Assembly (NCBI GenBank): GCA_024681475.1
Contig: JAILAT010000051.1
Location: forward strand, 30,444-94,443
Length of the DNA stretch: 64,000 nt
Origin: Bacteroidales bacterium
Lineage (GTDB): Bacteria > Bacteroidota > Bacteroidia > Bacteroidales > P3
Direction: 5' to 3'
The notes beneath the pieces were generated by a model that worked only from the letters and a program-made list of their open reading frames with translations, did no database searches and was not told where the DNA came from. The translations under genes and the position numbers were made by a program. Numbering within the stretch: the first letter of the stretch is position 1; every line of letters starts with the position of its first letter. Below are positions 41,725-50,983 of the stretch, one piece after another.

Positions 41725-42937
41725 TGGTGGCAGCCCCTTTCTTGCTGCCTGAGTAGAGCTCGAATTTCAGCAGGCGGCACTCCAGCGGCCCGTTGTAGAG
41801 CTGTATCTTGCGCGACGGATGCAGGCCGATGTGCTTCATAGCCTCAAAGTCGGAGGTGATGAGCCACACTTCGCACTGCTCGCCATAGAGGTTCTTGAAG
41901 GTGTCGCCCAGCTTTTCGTACATCGCGTTGAGGTCTTCAATCTTGATGCGCTCGCCGTAGGGCGGGTTGGTGACGATGATGGTGCGACCCTCGGGAGGTT
42001 CCTGGTTCTCGAAACTGCCGTTGTAGAGCATCACGTCCTTGTGCAGCTTGGCGTATTGCAGGTTTTTCTCGGCCTGTTCCAGCACACCCATGTCGATGTC
42101 GTTGCCCCAAATTTCGTATTCGAAATCGAGAGAGCCTATCTTGCGGTCTTCCTGCTCTCGTACCATCTTCCATTCCAGCAGGTTGAACTCTTTCCAGCGT
42201 TTGAAGGCGAAGTTGCCGCCACGGTAGTATTGGGCAGGAATGTTGTTGGCCATCATGGCGGCCTCGATGAGCAGGGTGCCGCTTCCGCACATGGGGTCCA
42301 TGAAATTGCAGTCGCATTTCCAGCCTGTCAGCATGATCATGCCGGCTGCCAGCACCTCGTTGATGGGGGCGATACCTACAGCCTGACGGTAGCCGCGTTT
42401 GTGCAGCGACTCGCCCGAAGAGTTGAGCAGCAGTGTAACGTGGGTGTCGACGATGTGCAGGTTGATTTTGAAGTCGGCATTCTCGGTATCCACACTGGGG
42501 CGACGGTTGAACATCTTGCGGAAGCGGTCGGCGATGGCATCCTTGGTCTTCAGCGCCGCAAAGTAGGAGTGTGTGAACACTTCGCCCGATGTGGTGGAGT
42601 CAATCATGAAGGTGCTGTCCACATCGATGATTTTCTCCCATTTCAGTTTGTATACCTGGTCGTAGAGCTGTTGCTCGTCGAGGGCCTCGAATTCTGCGAA
42701 AGGTTTCAGGATGGCCAGCGCCGTGCGGCAGGAATAGTTGGCACGGTACAGAAGCGTCATGTCGCCCACAAAGGAGACCGCCCTCGTAAGGCATTCCACC
42801 TCTTCTGCGCCCATGGCGCGCAGTTCGTCGGCCAGTACCTCTTCCAGACCGTACATGGTCTTGGCTATCATTTTGAATTTGACAGTGTTTCTCGTCTCGT
42901 GGGCTATTTCGCGCCCTCCCTCTTTCTGTATTATCAT
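41717..42937 (-). CDS. THUMP-domain class I SAM-dependent RNA methyltransferase (RlmL/RlmK-like)
   Basis: The MIAKTMYGLEEVLADEL THUMP N-terminus, DPMCGSGTLLIEA SAM motif and NPPYGERI catalytic motif. The start may be the ATG at 42871 rather than 42937. It overlaps queG by 8 nt. Confidence 0.85.
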   Translation of the reverse strand: MIIQKEGGREIAHETRNTVKFKMIAKTMYGLEEVLADELRAMGAEEVECLTRAVSFVGDMTLLYRANYSCRTALAILKPFAEFEALDEQQLYDQVYKLKWEKIIDVDSTFMIDSTTSGEVFTHSYFAALKTKDAIADRFRKMFNRRPSVDTENADFKINLHIVDTHVTLLLNSSGESLHKRGYRQAVGIAPINEVLAAGMIMLTGWKCDCNFMDPMCGSGTLLIEAAMMANNIPAQYYRGGNFAFKRWKEFNLLEWKMVREQEDRKIGSLDFEYEIWGNDIDMGVLEQAEKNLQYAKLHKDVMLYNGSFENQEPPEGRTIIVTNPPYGERIKIEDLNAMYEKLGDTFKNLYGEQCEVWLITSDFEAMKHIGLHPSRKIQLYNGPLECRLLKFELYSGSKKGAATNA

Positions 42938-42977
42938 ATTGGTCTATTTTTTTTCGGTCATACTAGAATGACTAGTC

Positions 42978-44117
42978 TCATTTCTTCATTTTTGCTATTC
43001 CCGAAGGACTATGGTAAACCTCCGAGCCTTTAGGCTGGCGCCCTGCCTTGTTGGCGGTGCTCAGCTCGTAGTGTGCTGACTCTCTGCGATGCGACTGTCG
43101 TCCGCGGCGTGTCTTGCGTGTTATTTTGGGCTGCATCACCTCGTTGCGGGCTGTGGCAATGGCTATATTGATGGCATAACCCGCCAGGATGACCACACAG
43201 TTCCAATATATCCACAGCATCACCACCAGCAGCGACCCGATAGAGCCGTAGAGAATGTTGGATTGGTTTATGTTGTTGAAATAAATCTGTAATCCCCAGG
43301 ATAACAGGAAGAAGCTCACTGTGGCGACGATGGAGCCGATAGAAAAGAATCCCAAGCGTTGTTTCTTTACGGGCACCCAGTAGTATAGCAGGCTGAGTAC
43401 GAACAATGTAAGGAATGTCAGCAACACCCATCGACCAAAGTTGAAAACGATGGAGGTGGCGACGGAATCGGCGATAAAGTTACGACTCAACATATACTGC
43501 ATCAGGTATTTGTAGCCGATGAACAGCGACAGGATGATGACTATCAGCGCGTAGAGTAGGAGAACGAGCAGCAGGCACAGTCCGTAGCGGCGCACGAAGG
43601 GACGGTTCTCAATGGAGTGGTTCACCGAGTTGAACGACTGTACCATGGCGTGCATACCGTTGGCAGCCAAAAAAACCGAGAGCAGAAAACCGGCGCTCAG
43701 CAAGCTGGTGTGCTTGTGCTCCATCACGTCGACGATGATGCCCGACACGTGGCAGTAGATGCTGGGCGGCATATAAAGCTTCAACTGTTCAAGCAGTTCG
43801 TTTTGAACACCTTCGATAGGGAAGAAAGGTATCAAGGTGAAGAAAAAGATGAGCAGTGGCGGTATGGCCATCAAGAACGAGAAGGAGAGGGCCCGTGCAC
43901 TTTGCCATAGCTCGCGGTTCGAGAAGTGTTTCAGTATCTGCATCACCGGCACACCGGCACATCCGGGCAGCACCCAGCGGTTGGTGAAGGGTATGACGTG
44001 CAGCGTCCACCAGCGCATGGCTTTCTCCCATAGACGCAAACATTTTCTAACCAGAGGTCTGTCTTGTATCTGGTGGAAGAGCCGTTGTCGTCGTGTCAGT
44101 GGTCGTTGGCGTGCCAT
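42978..44117 (-). CDS. YihY/BrkB-family membrane protein
   Basis: Six TM helices with the ALSFSFLMAIPPLLIFFFTLIPFF segment typical of the family, and a basic C-terminal tail. Confidence 0.8.
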   Translation of the reverse strand: MARQRPLTRRQRLFHQIQDRPLVRKCLRLWEKAMRWWTLHVIPFTNRWVLPGCAGVPVMQILKHFSNRELWQSARALSFSFLMAIPPLLIFFFTLIPFFPIEGVQNELLEQLKLYMPPSIYCHVSGIIVDVMEHKHTSLLSAGFLLSVFLAANGMHAMVQSFNSVNHSIENRPFVRRYGLCLLLVLLLYALIVIILSLFIGYKYLMQYMLSRNFIADSVATSIVFNFGRWVLLTFLTLFVLSLLYYWVPVKKQRLGFFSIGSIVATVSFFLLSWGLQIYFNNINQSNILYGSIGSLLVVMLWIYWNCVVILAGYAINIAIATARNEVMQPKITRKTRRGRQSHRRESAHYELSTANKAGRQPKGSEVYHSPSGIAKMKK

Positions 44118-44147
44118 CTTCTGTGTCGCTTTTGTGGTCTCGGTTCA

Positions 44148-45047
44148 CTATTCGCAGCTTACCAGGCTCAGGTCCAGACTCTTGATGTGGTGCGTCAGGG
44201 CTCCGACGGAGATGAAGTCCACGCCCGTTTCGGCGTAGGCGCGCAGCGTGGCGTCGGTGATGCCTCCCGATGCCTCGGTCTCATAGCGGCCGCCGATACG
44301 TTCCACGGCGGTGCGCAGCGTGGTGGTGTCGAAATTATCGAGCATGATGCGGTCCACGCCGCCATGATCAAGCACACGCTGCAGCTCGTCGAGGTTGCGA
44401 ACCTCTATCTCTATTTTCAAGGCTTTGCCTTTTTCCTCCAGATAGCGGTGGGTGCGGTCGATGGCCGCCTCGATGCCTCCGGCAAAGTCTATGTGGTTGT
44501 CTTTTAGCATTATCATGTCGTAGAGCCCGATGCGGTGGTTGGTGCCACCGCCGCAAGCCACGGCATATTTCTCCAACAGACGCATATTGGGTGTGGTCTT
44601 GCGCGTGTCCAGCAGCTGCGTGTGCAGCCCCTCGAGCATGGCGACCATGCGGTGCGTCTCGGTGGCTATGCCGCTCAGGCGTTGCATAAAGTTCAAGGCA
44701 GTGCGTTCTGCTGTGAGTATGGAGCCCGAAGCCCCTTCGACGGTCATCACCACGTCGCCCACTTCCAGCGAGTCGCCGTCGGCCTTCATTTTAGTGATAG
44801 TCAGTTTGCTGTCTACCGCCTTGAAAACGGCTTCGCCTACCGTGATGCCGCACAGGATGCCGGCTTTTTTGGCAATCATCTTGGCCTTGCCGTGAGCTGT
44901 GGGGGGGATGCAGGCCAGCGTGCTGTGGTCGCCGTCGCCGATGTCTTCGCGTAGTGCCATGGCTATCAATTCCCCGAGGGGGGCAACGTTCCACTCCGCG
45001 CTCGCTGTGGCGAACATCTCGTCAAGATTGGGTTTCTTGGTCATCAT
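44148..45047 (-). CDS. nadC: nicotinate-nucleotide diphosphorylase (carboxylating)
   Basis: QPRTase motifs (LLDTRKTTPNMR, NHR, IMLDN, SGGI). The start at 45047 (MMTKK) is downstream of the promoter box; the ORF call starts at 45092, upstream of the box. Confidence 0.9.
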   Translation of the reverse strand: MMTKKPNLDEMFATASAEWNVAPLGELIAMALREDIGDGDHSTLACIPPTAHGKAKMIAKKAGILCGITVGEAVFKAVDSKLTITKMKADGDSLEVGDVVMTVEGASGSILTAERTALNFMQRLSGIATETHRMVAMLEGLHTQLLDTRKTTPNMRLLEKYAVACGGGTNHRIGLYDMIMLKDNHIDFAGGIEAAIDRTHRYLEEKGKALKIEIEVRNLDELQRVLDHGGVDRIMLDNFDTTTLRTAVERIGGRYETEASGGITDATLRAYAETGVDFISVGALTHHIKSLDLSLVSCE

Positions 45048-45079
45048 GTCAACAGAACTTTTTCGAATATTTGAATTTG

Positions 45080-45087
45080 CAAAGATA
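45080..45087 (-). promoter_or_regulatory. -7 promoter box (TATCTTTG on minus strand) for nadC
   Basis: TAnnTTTG match. Confidence 0.55.
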
Positions 45088-45151
45088 CACATATTTTTAC
45101 TATTGTGAACAATTGTGGATAAAAAAAATTTCTTCTTCCCGAAAAATAGCG

Positions 45152-45159
45152 TATTTTTG
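45152..45159 (+). promoter_or_regulatory. -7 promoter box (TATTTTTG) for cinA
   Basis: TAnnTTTG match 45 nt upstream of 45204. Confidence 0.55.
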
Positions 45160-45203
45160 CACTGCCAAGGTAATGGCTATTTTGCCTGTAAAATAGTGAA
45201 ATT

Positions 45204-46451
45204 ATGAACGTTAGTATTCTGAATATCGGCGACGAGCTCCTTATCGGGCAGGTGGTCAACACCAATGCTGCCCGCATGGCGCAGATGCTCAATGCGGCTG
45301 GTATGGAGGTGGCTCGCACTGCTGTTATTGGTGATAATCGCGAGGACATCCTCTCCGCTCTGCTGTCGATGCTCGACAACTCCGATGCTGTACTGATGAC
45401 AGGAGGTCTCGGCCCCACCAAGGACGACATCACCAAGCATGTGCTCTGCGAGTTCTTCGGCGCCACCCTGGTGGAGAATGCCGAAGCGCTGGCCAACGTG
45501 CATCGCCTCTTCGAGGCAATGCATCTTGAGGTGACACCCATTAACCGCCAACAGGCCTGGGTGCCAGACTGTTGCACCATGATCAACAATCTCCGCGGCA
45601 CTGCGCCGGGCATGTGGTTTGAGCTGCCCAAAACAGGCCAAGTGGTGGTGTCGTTGCCCGGCGTGCCCTACGAGATGGAGGGCCTCATGACCGACGAGGT
45701 GGTGCCACGCTTGCGCGCACATTTTCGGACTGCCCATGTGATTCATAAGAATATCCTTGTGCAGGGCATCGGCGAGTCGTTCCTTTCCGACCTTATCGAG
45801 TCGTGGGAGAAGTCTTTGCCGTCCACCATCCGGTTGGCCTATCTGCCCCAGGCCGGCATGGTCAAGTTGCGCCTCACGGCACGAGGTGACGACCGTCATG
45901 CTCTTGAGAATCAGATTGCCGATGCGCTGAACGGATTCTATCCCTTGGCAGGGCAATATGTGGTGGGCGAGGACTTTGAAACTCTTGCCGAAGCCTTGGC
46001 GGCACAGTTTACCCGACGTGGTTTCACGCTGGCTACAGCCGAAAGTTGCACAGGCGGCACCATTGCCTCTCGTCTTACCGCCTTGGCAGGAGCGTCAGCC
46101 TATTTTCGCGGCGGCGTGGTGGCCTATAGCAACGAGGTGAAAGAGTGCGCCTTGGGTGTCGAGCACGAGACGCTCCTCCAGCATGGCGCAGTCAGTGAAG
46201 CGACGGTGCGTCAGATGGCCGAAGGGGTGCGACAGCGCCTTGGCGCCGACTATGGCGTGGCCACCTCCGGTATCGCTGGGCCCACAGGAGGCACAGCCGG
46301 AAAGCCCGTCGGCACCGTTTGGATGGCTGTGGCGTCACCCACGGGCATCACCACACGTGTCAAACAGTTCGGCAACGACCGTCAGCGTGTCATTGAGCGC
46401 GCCACCAACGAAGTGATGGCCATGCTACTCCATTCGCTGACAGAAAAATAA
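45204..46451 (+). CDS. cinA: CinA-family protein (MoCF-binding domain + nicotinamide-nucleotide amidohydrolase PncC domain)
   Basis: N-terminus ILNIGDELLIGQVVNTNA, then GGLGPTKDD and a C-terminal AESCTGG motif. Confidence 0.9.
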   Translation: MNVSILNIGDELLIGQVVNTNAARMAQMLNAAGMEVARTAVIGDNREDILSALLSMLDNSDAVLMTGGLGPTKDDITKHVLCEFFGATLVENAEALANVHRLFEAMHLEVTPINRQQAWVPDCCTMINNLRGTAPGMWFELPKTGQVVVSLPGVPYEMEGLMTDEVVPRLRAHFRTAHVIHKNILVQGIGESFLSDLIESWEKSLPSTIRLAYLPQAGMVKLRLTARGDDRHALENQIADALNGFYPLAGQYVVGEDFETLAEALAAQFTRRGFTLATAESCTGGTIASRLTALAGASAYFRGGVVAYSNEVKECALGVEHETLLQHGAVSEATVRQMAEGVRQRLGADYGVATSGIAGPTGGTAGKPVGTVWMAVASPTGITTRVKQFGNDRQRVIERATNEVMAMLLHSLTEK

Positions 46452-46482
46452 GGTAACAATTAGAATATAAGCTATTAGAAAT

Positions 46483-46857
46483 ATGAAAGGTATCTGGACC
46501 ATACTCTTGCTCATCTGCTCCAATGTCTTCATGACTTTTGCCTGGTATGGTAATCTGAAACTCAAAGAGATGAACATCTCTTCCGATTGGCCGCTCATCG
46601 TGGTCATCCTCGTGTCGTGGGGCATTGCCCTCATCGAGTATTCCTTCATGGTGCCCGCCAACCAGATAGGGTCGCAAATCACGGGAGGCCCCTATTCGTT
46701 GGTGCAGCTTAAGGTTATCCAGGAAACGGTGTCGCTCATTGTGTTCTCTGTCATTGTCATCACCGTCTTCAAGACAGAGACCTTCCACTGGAACCATATC
46801 GTCTCCTTTGTGCTCATCATTCTGGCTGTTTTCTTCGCCTTTATCAAGGTGAAGTGA
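46483..46857 (+). CDS. small DMT-superfamily membrane protein (DUF486-like)
   Basis: 124 aa with 4 TM helices. The N-terminus is LLICSNVFMTFAWYGNLK. Confidence 0.75.
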   Translation: MKGIWTILLLICSNVFMTFAWYGNLKLKEMNISSDWPLIVVILVSWGIALIEYSFMVPANQIGSQITGGPYSLVQLKVIQETVSLIVFSVIVITVFKTETFHWNHIVSFVLIILAVFFAFIKVK

Positions 46858-46864
46858 CTGGAAC

Positions 46865-48982
46865 TCAGTGGCGATAGGTGCTCATCACTTCGTTCAGGGT
46901 CTTCGTGGTGACCTTCACAGCCGAGAGGTCGGCGTTGGGGTCGTTGGCCACAAAGCGAACTGTGCGTGAGGTGCCGGCATCCATATCGAAATAGTTGTCG
47001 TCGAAGTGTCCGTCCACGTGAGGTACGGTCTGCAGCATCACGTCGCGCAGTGCGCTCGTGGCTGTCACAGTGACGGTGAGTTCCTTCTTGCTGCTCTGTT
47101 TTTCAATAGTGTAGACTGCTTTTGGCAGCTGCAAGTCCTTGGGGTAGGTGGCGTAATAGTGTTCGTATTTATTCAGGTCCACATCGTCGCTAAACAGGTC
47201 GCGCACACGATATTGCAGCGCTTTCCAGTTGCCGTAGTAGTCTATGCTGCTCCACGATGCCACGGGCCAGCAGTCGTTCAGCTGCCAGTAAAGGGTGCCC
47301 ATGCAGTGTGGCTGTTGCTTGAGGTGCTGCCAGATGCCGTAACCGACGCCCCATGCCTGCAGAATCTGGGAGAGGTAGCAGTAGTCCTCCAGCGTGACGC
47401 TGCGTGAGTCGAGGCCATAGTATTCTTTCATGGCTTTGTCGATGATGGCCACACCACGAGGGTGCTTCTGGTGGCTGCGCATCGTGGGCGAGTCGATATT
47501 CAGCTGGTCGGCAGGGCAGTAGCGAAGCACAGTACTGTAGTCGGGATAGCTCTGGAACCCATATTCCGACATGAAACGCCCTGTTTTTTCCTCGTACATC
47601 TCGAAGGGCTGCTCGCCCCACCACACGCCCCAATAGTGCGAGTCGCCATGTGTGACGCATTCGTCGTGGCCCCATCCGTAGAGCGGCGAGGTGGTGATGT
47701 AGGGACGCTGCAAGGGGTCGCAGTCGCGCACGGCCATGGCCAGAATGCTGGTCTGCGAAGTGTTGTCGTCGGTGCTGTATCCGAAGATGGTGTCGATGGT
47801 GTGCTCAATCTCACGGCGTTGCTGCTCGCTCCATTTGTATTGTCCTTGCCATCCCCAGTCTTCCCATCCGTTTTTTACCTCGTTGTTGCCGCACCACAGC
47901 ACCACACATGGATGTTGCGCTATGCGCCTCACCTGATAGCGGGCCTCCTCGCTGATGTTGTCGAGCATCAGGCTGTCGCCAGGGTAGGGGGCGCAGCTGA
48001 AGTTGAAGTCCTGCCACACCATGATGCCCAGCGAGTCGCATAGGTCGTAGAAGTAGTCGGGCTCGTAGATGCCGCCGCCCCACACACGCAACATGTTGAT
48101 ATTGCACTCTTTGGCGGAGTATAGCAGCATTCTGTAGCGTTCGCGCATCGTCTTGGTGAGCACTGGGAAAGAGTGGCAGGGTATCCAGTTGGCGCCTTTC
48201 ACGAAGATAGGCTTGCCCTCTTTCATGAAGGTGAACGAGCGGCCGATGCTGTCCTCCTGCTGTTCTAGAGTGATGCCCCACGAGGTGGGAACTTCGGGTG
48301 CGACGAGCGTTGGCGGCTCGTTGTAGCATTCCAGATGTGCATCCACGGTGATGCCCACGGTGCTGAGTCGAGGACCCCAGTCCCAGCCCAGCATATAGGG
48401 CGCCATGCGAGTGGCCACGCGGTGGTCGGGCAGGTCGTAGGACAAGGCATCCTCGTTGTCGTCGGGGTCGAAAAGCAGTTCGTTGTTGCGGGCAATAGGG
48501 TAGAATATGATGTGCAGCATCACGCTGTCGGACAGTAGCTTGGAGCCGTTTGTCAGCGCAAGCTCCGAGAGGTCCACTCTCCACTCGCGGAACATATTGT
48601 CGCAGTGCATGACGATGTGCTGGAACTTCACCCCGTCGGTGGTGCGTCCTTCCAGCATCACGTCGCAGAGCGTGACACCCTCCAGCACCAGTTCGCAGTG
48701 CCGGTAGCCTTTCCACATCTCTTTCGTCAGCGGCAGGTAGTAGTCCCAGTTGCGCTCTCCCACCCATTGCACGCTGTCTTCGTTGGTCCCATAAAACGGG
48801 TCGGGAATCACCCCGTTGTCCATCAGGTCGGTATGCACGCATCCCGGCACTGTGGCGGAATAGCACAGGCCATTATACTCGAATTGCCATGCAGTCAGGG
48901 GTACGATGTGCAACTCCTCCTTGTGGCGTCCGCAGGCCGACAGAAGGATTGCCGTAAGAAAGAGCAGAACGATACGTTTCAT
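46865..48982 (-). CDS. glycoside hydrolase family 2 lipoprotein (beta-mannosidase-like)
   Basis: Lipobox LLSACG. The N-terminal GCVHTDLMDNGVIPDPFYG resembles beta-mannosidases, and WCGNNE marks the acid/base region. At 705 aa it is shorter than typical ~850-aa members. Confidence 0.8.
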   Translation of the reverse strand: MKRIVLLFLTAILLSACGRHKEELHIVPLTAWQFEYNGLCYSATVPGCVHTDLMDNGVIPDPFYGTNEDSVQWVGERNWDYYLPLTKEMWKGYRHCELVLEGVTLCDVMLEGRTTDGVKFQHIVMHCDNMFREWRVDLSELALTNGSKLLSDSVMLHIIFYPIARNNELLFDPDDNEDALSYDLPDHRVATRMAPYMLGWDWGPRLSTVGITVDAHLECYNEPPTLVAPEVPTSWGITLEQQEDSIGRSFTFMKEGKPIFVKGANWIPCHSFPVLTKTMRERYRMLLYSAKECNINMLRVWGGGIYEPDYFYDLCDSLGIMVWQDFNFSCAPYPGDSLMLDNISEEARYQVRRIAQHPCVVLWCGNNEVKNGWEDWGWQGQYKWSEQQRREIEHTIDTIFGYSTDDNTSQTSILAMAVRDCDPLQRPYITTSPLYGWGHDECVTHGDSHYWGVWWGEQPFEMYEEKTGRFMSEYGFQSYPDYSTVLRYCPADQLNIDSPTMRSHQKHPRGVAIIDKAMKEYYGLDSRSVTLEDYCYLSQILQAWGVGYGIWQHLKQQPHCMGTLYWQLNDCWPVASWSSIDYYGNWKALQYRVRDLFSDDVDLNKYEHYYATYPKDLQLPKAVYTIEKQSSKKELTVTVTATSALRDVMLQTVPHVDGHFDDNYFDMDAGTSRTVRFVANDPNADLSAVKVTTKTLNEVMSTYRH

Positions 48983-48994
48983 GTTTGCTGTCAG

Positions 48995-49618
48995 TTATTT
49001 GGAAGGCAGGTACACCACCTTTTTTTCTTCAAACCAAGGTTCGTCGAACATCTCGCCGATATCCCATATCTGCACCCTTTTGCCGAACGGTGCCAACTCT
49101 TCGCTGAGGTCGCCGCCTTTCAGATAGAGTATGCCGTTGCGCAGTGTGTGGTAGTGCGACGGGGACACCAGTCCGCGCACCCATCCGTTGAACTCCTTCA
49201 GGTTGGTCACTGCGCGCGACACGATGAAGTCGTATTCCCCTTCCAGCTGCTCGGCACGCACCTGCTCGGCGCGCACATTGCTCAGCTCCAGCTGCTCAGC
49301 CACAGCGTTCACCACCTTGATTTTCTTGCCGATAGAATCCACCAGGTGGAAGCGTGCTTCGGGGAACATGATGGCCAGCGGAATTCCCGGAAATCCGCCA
49401 CCGGTACCCACATCGAGGATGTCCGACATGGGGCGGAATTGCACCACCTTGGCAATGGCTAGCGAGTGCAGCACATGGTGCTCCACGAAATTCTCCATAT
49501 CCTTGCGCGACACGACGTTGATCTTGGCGTTCCAGTCTTCATACAAGGCAGGCAGTGCGGCGTATTGTTCTTTCTGTCGTTCAGTGAGTTGCGGAAAGTA
49601 TTTGGTGATGATGTCCAT
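48995..49618 (-). CDS. rsmG: 16S rRNA (guanine527-N7)-methyltransferase
   Basis: GidB-like: WNAKINVVS and the DVGTGGGFPGIPLAI SAM motif. Confidence 0.9.
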   Translation of the reverse strand: MDIITKYFPQLTERQKEQYAALPALYEDWNAKINVVSRKDMENFVEHHVLHSLAIAKVVQFRPMSDILDVGTGGGFPGIPLAIMFPEARFHLVDSIGKKIKVVNAVAEQLELSNVRAEQVRAEQLEGEYDFIVSRAVTNLKEFNGWVRGLVSPSHYHTLRNGILYLKGGDLSEELAPFGKRVQIWDIGEMFDEPWFEEKKVVYLPSK

Positions 49619-49632
49619 GTCTGTTTTTTTTG

Positions 49633-49640
49633 CAAAAATA
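49633..49640 (-). promoter_or_regulatory. -7 promoter box (TATTTTTG on minus strand) for rsmG
   Basis: TAnnTTTG match only 14 nt upstream of the ATG, which implies a very short 5' UTR. Confidence 0.5.
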
Positions 49641-49715
49641 CCAATAATTTTGGATTGTCAAATGTTTGGTAGAATAATTATCTGCCAAATATACAATGTG
49701 TTAAGAGAAATATGC

Positions 49716-49994
49716 CTATTCTGCCCATTCAATCGAGACAGTTACCTCGTCGCCGTAGCTCTTGCCCACATCCTTGCGTATGGCGCGTGGCATCCCCAGG
49801 ATGTAACAGATGCTGCCATCATTGTTCTTCAGTCCCATGTTCACGATGCTGCCGTCGTAGGGCACGCCGTCGAAAGTGGCGTGCACTTTGGCGCGTCCTT
49901 TGCCTGTCAGTGTGCGGAGGTCATAGGGGAAAACCACCCATCCCGCATCCTGGTCGGGGTTCTTTTCAATCGTGGTTTTGAAGGTGATAGCCAT
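49716..49994 (-). CDS. DUF1905-like small protein
   Basis: 92 aa with GKGRAKVHATFDGVPYDGSIVNMG...GDEVTVSIE, the pattern of DUF1905 beta-barrel proteins. Confidence 0.65.
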   Translation of the reverse strand: MAITFKTTIEKNPDQDAGWVVFPYDLRTLTGKGRAKVHATFDGVPYDGSIVNMGLKNNDGSICYILGMPRAIRKDVGKSYGDEVTVSIEWAE

Positions 49995-50019
49995 GGCCGT
50001 CGCTATTTGTGATGAAATG

Positions 50020-50048
50020 CCAGGCCAGCGGCGCAGCCGCTGGCCTGG
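50020..50048. terminator. GC-rich perfect hairpin (possible terminator)
   Basis: 13-bp perfect stem (ccaggccagcggc / gccgctggcctgg) with a 3-nt loop. A T-rich tract follows on the + strand only; on the minus strand it follows the lipoprotein gene ending at 50106. Confidence 0.45.
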
Positions 50049-50105
50049 AGTATGGTTTTTCGTTTTCCCGATTCAAAGTAGAATCATGGGTGTGCGCCAT
50101 CGGGC

Positions 50106-50726
50106 CTATCTTGGCTGAGGATTGCGGTTGCCGGTCTTGGTCTGAAGAGTGATGTAGTTGGGGGCCGGAACGGAGACTCCGCCAACAGACAGCGACGGTT
50201 TGATGCGCAGGCCCACCTTCGACGAGGTGCCGTCGGACGAGAAGCTGCCGATAAAGTTCTTCAGCGACTCGATGCCCGAGGAGGAGAACTTGCTGTAGAG
50301 GTCGGTGTTGACATTCAGGGGCACCGTGGTGGTGGATTTCTTGCTGATGGTGTAGCTTTTGGTGTTCACGCCGTCGGCAAACTGCGAGCCATCGATGTCG
50401 AGAATCCAGTCCATGGCTGTGAGAGCAGCGTTGTTCTCGGTGGGGTTCTTCACGTTGATATTGACATCCATCGTCATGGGCACTTTCTTGGAGAGCAGTG
50501 CCGAGCTGAGCTTGACGACATCCTGGGCCGTCACTTTGCCGTTGGTGAGGTTCTTGACGTTGACGCCGCCAATGGTGAGGCCGCTGACATTTTTGAAGCT
50601 GTATTCGCAGTTGGCCAGGTTGGCCAGTCCGCTGACTTGCTCGGCGACACCGCTGAGCACTTCGCATGAACTGAGCATAGAACAAATGGCGACGACGCTA
50701 AAAATACGTACTATCTTTTTTTTCAT
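50106..50726 (-). CDS. LEA-2 (water-stress/hypersensitive-response)-like lipoprotein
   Basis: Lipobox MLSSCE and an all-beta Ser/Thr/Asn-rich domain. Family assignment is from memory only. Confidence 0.55.
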   Translation of the reverse strand: MKKKIVRIFSVVAICSMLSSCEVLSGVAEQVSGLANLANCEYSFKNVSGLTIGGVNVKNLTNGKVTAQDVVKLSSALLSKKVPMTMDVNINVKNPTENNAALTAMDWILDIDGSQFADGVNTKSYTISKKSTTTVPLNVNTDLYSKFSSSGIESLKNFIGSFSSDGTSSKVGLRIKPSLSVGGVSVPAPNYITLQTKTGNRNPQPR

Positions 50727-50773
50727 GTCTTTATGTGTTTTTGGGGTTAATAATTCATTAGGTTTACAAGTTG

Positions 50774-50781
50774 CAAAAATA
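50774..50781 (-). promoter_or_regulatory. -7 promoter box (TATTTTTG on minus strand)
   Basis: TAnnTTTG match upstream of 50726. Confidence 0.5.
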
Positions 50782-50811
50782 CAATTTTTTTGTGGATTGA
50801 AAAAAAAAATG

Positions 50812-50819
50812 TACTTTTG
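50812..50819 (+). promoter_or_regulatory. -7 promoter box (TACTTTTG)
   Basis: TAnnTTTG match 165 nt upstream of glnS. Confidence 0.5.
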
Positions 50820-50825
50820 TAACGT

Positions 50826-50857
50826 CGTACAGAATGGTCTGTACGTTGTATTTTTTT
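50826..50857 (+). terminator. terminator-like hairpin in the glnS upstream region
   Basis: 8-bp stem (cgtacaga / tctgtacg), 4-nt loop, then ttgta + T7. Confidence 0.4.
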
Positions 50858-50983
50858 ATAAATCAGAACTTTTGAAATGCCGACGTCCATTGCGCGGGTG
50901 CGGTTTTTGTTGATATGCCGACAGGATGGCATGTACGCAGGGACTTGACGACATAGAGAGGTTCGTAATAATAACTGTTTGTA

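Noticed and set aside
46865-48982. GH2 gene as a truncated pseudogene (705 aa versus about 850 aa for typical beta-mannosidases).
   Set aside because: The ORF is uninterrupted from lipobox to stop, and the catalytic WCGNNE region is intact. It ends 7 nt from a convergent gene with no remnant ORF beyond, so it is more likely a naturally shorter family member.
50812-50983. T-box leader upstream of glnS.
   Set aside because: There is no T-box consensus, specifier-loop architecture or antiterminator bulge. T-boxes are essentially a Firmicutes feature and are not expected in Bacteroidales.
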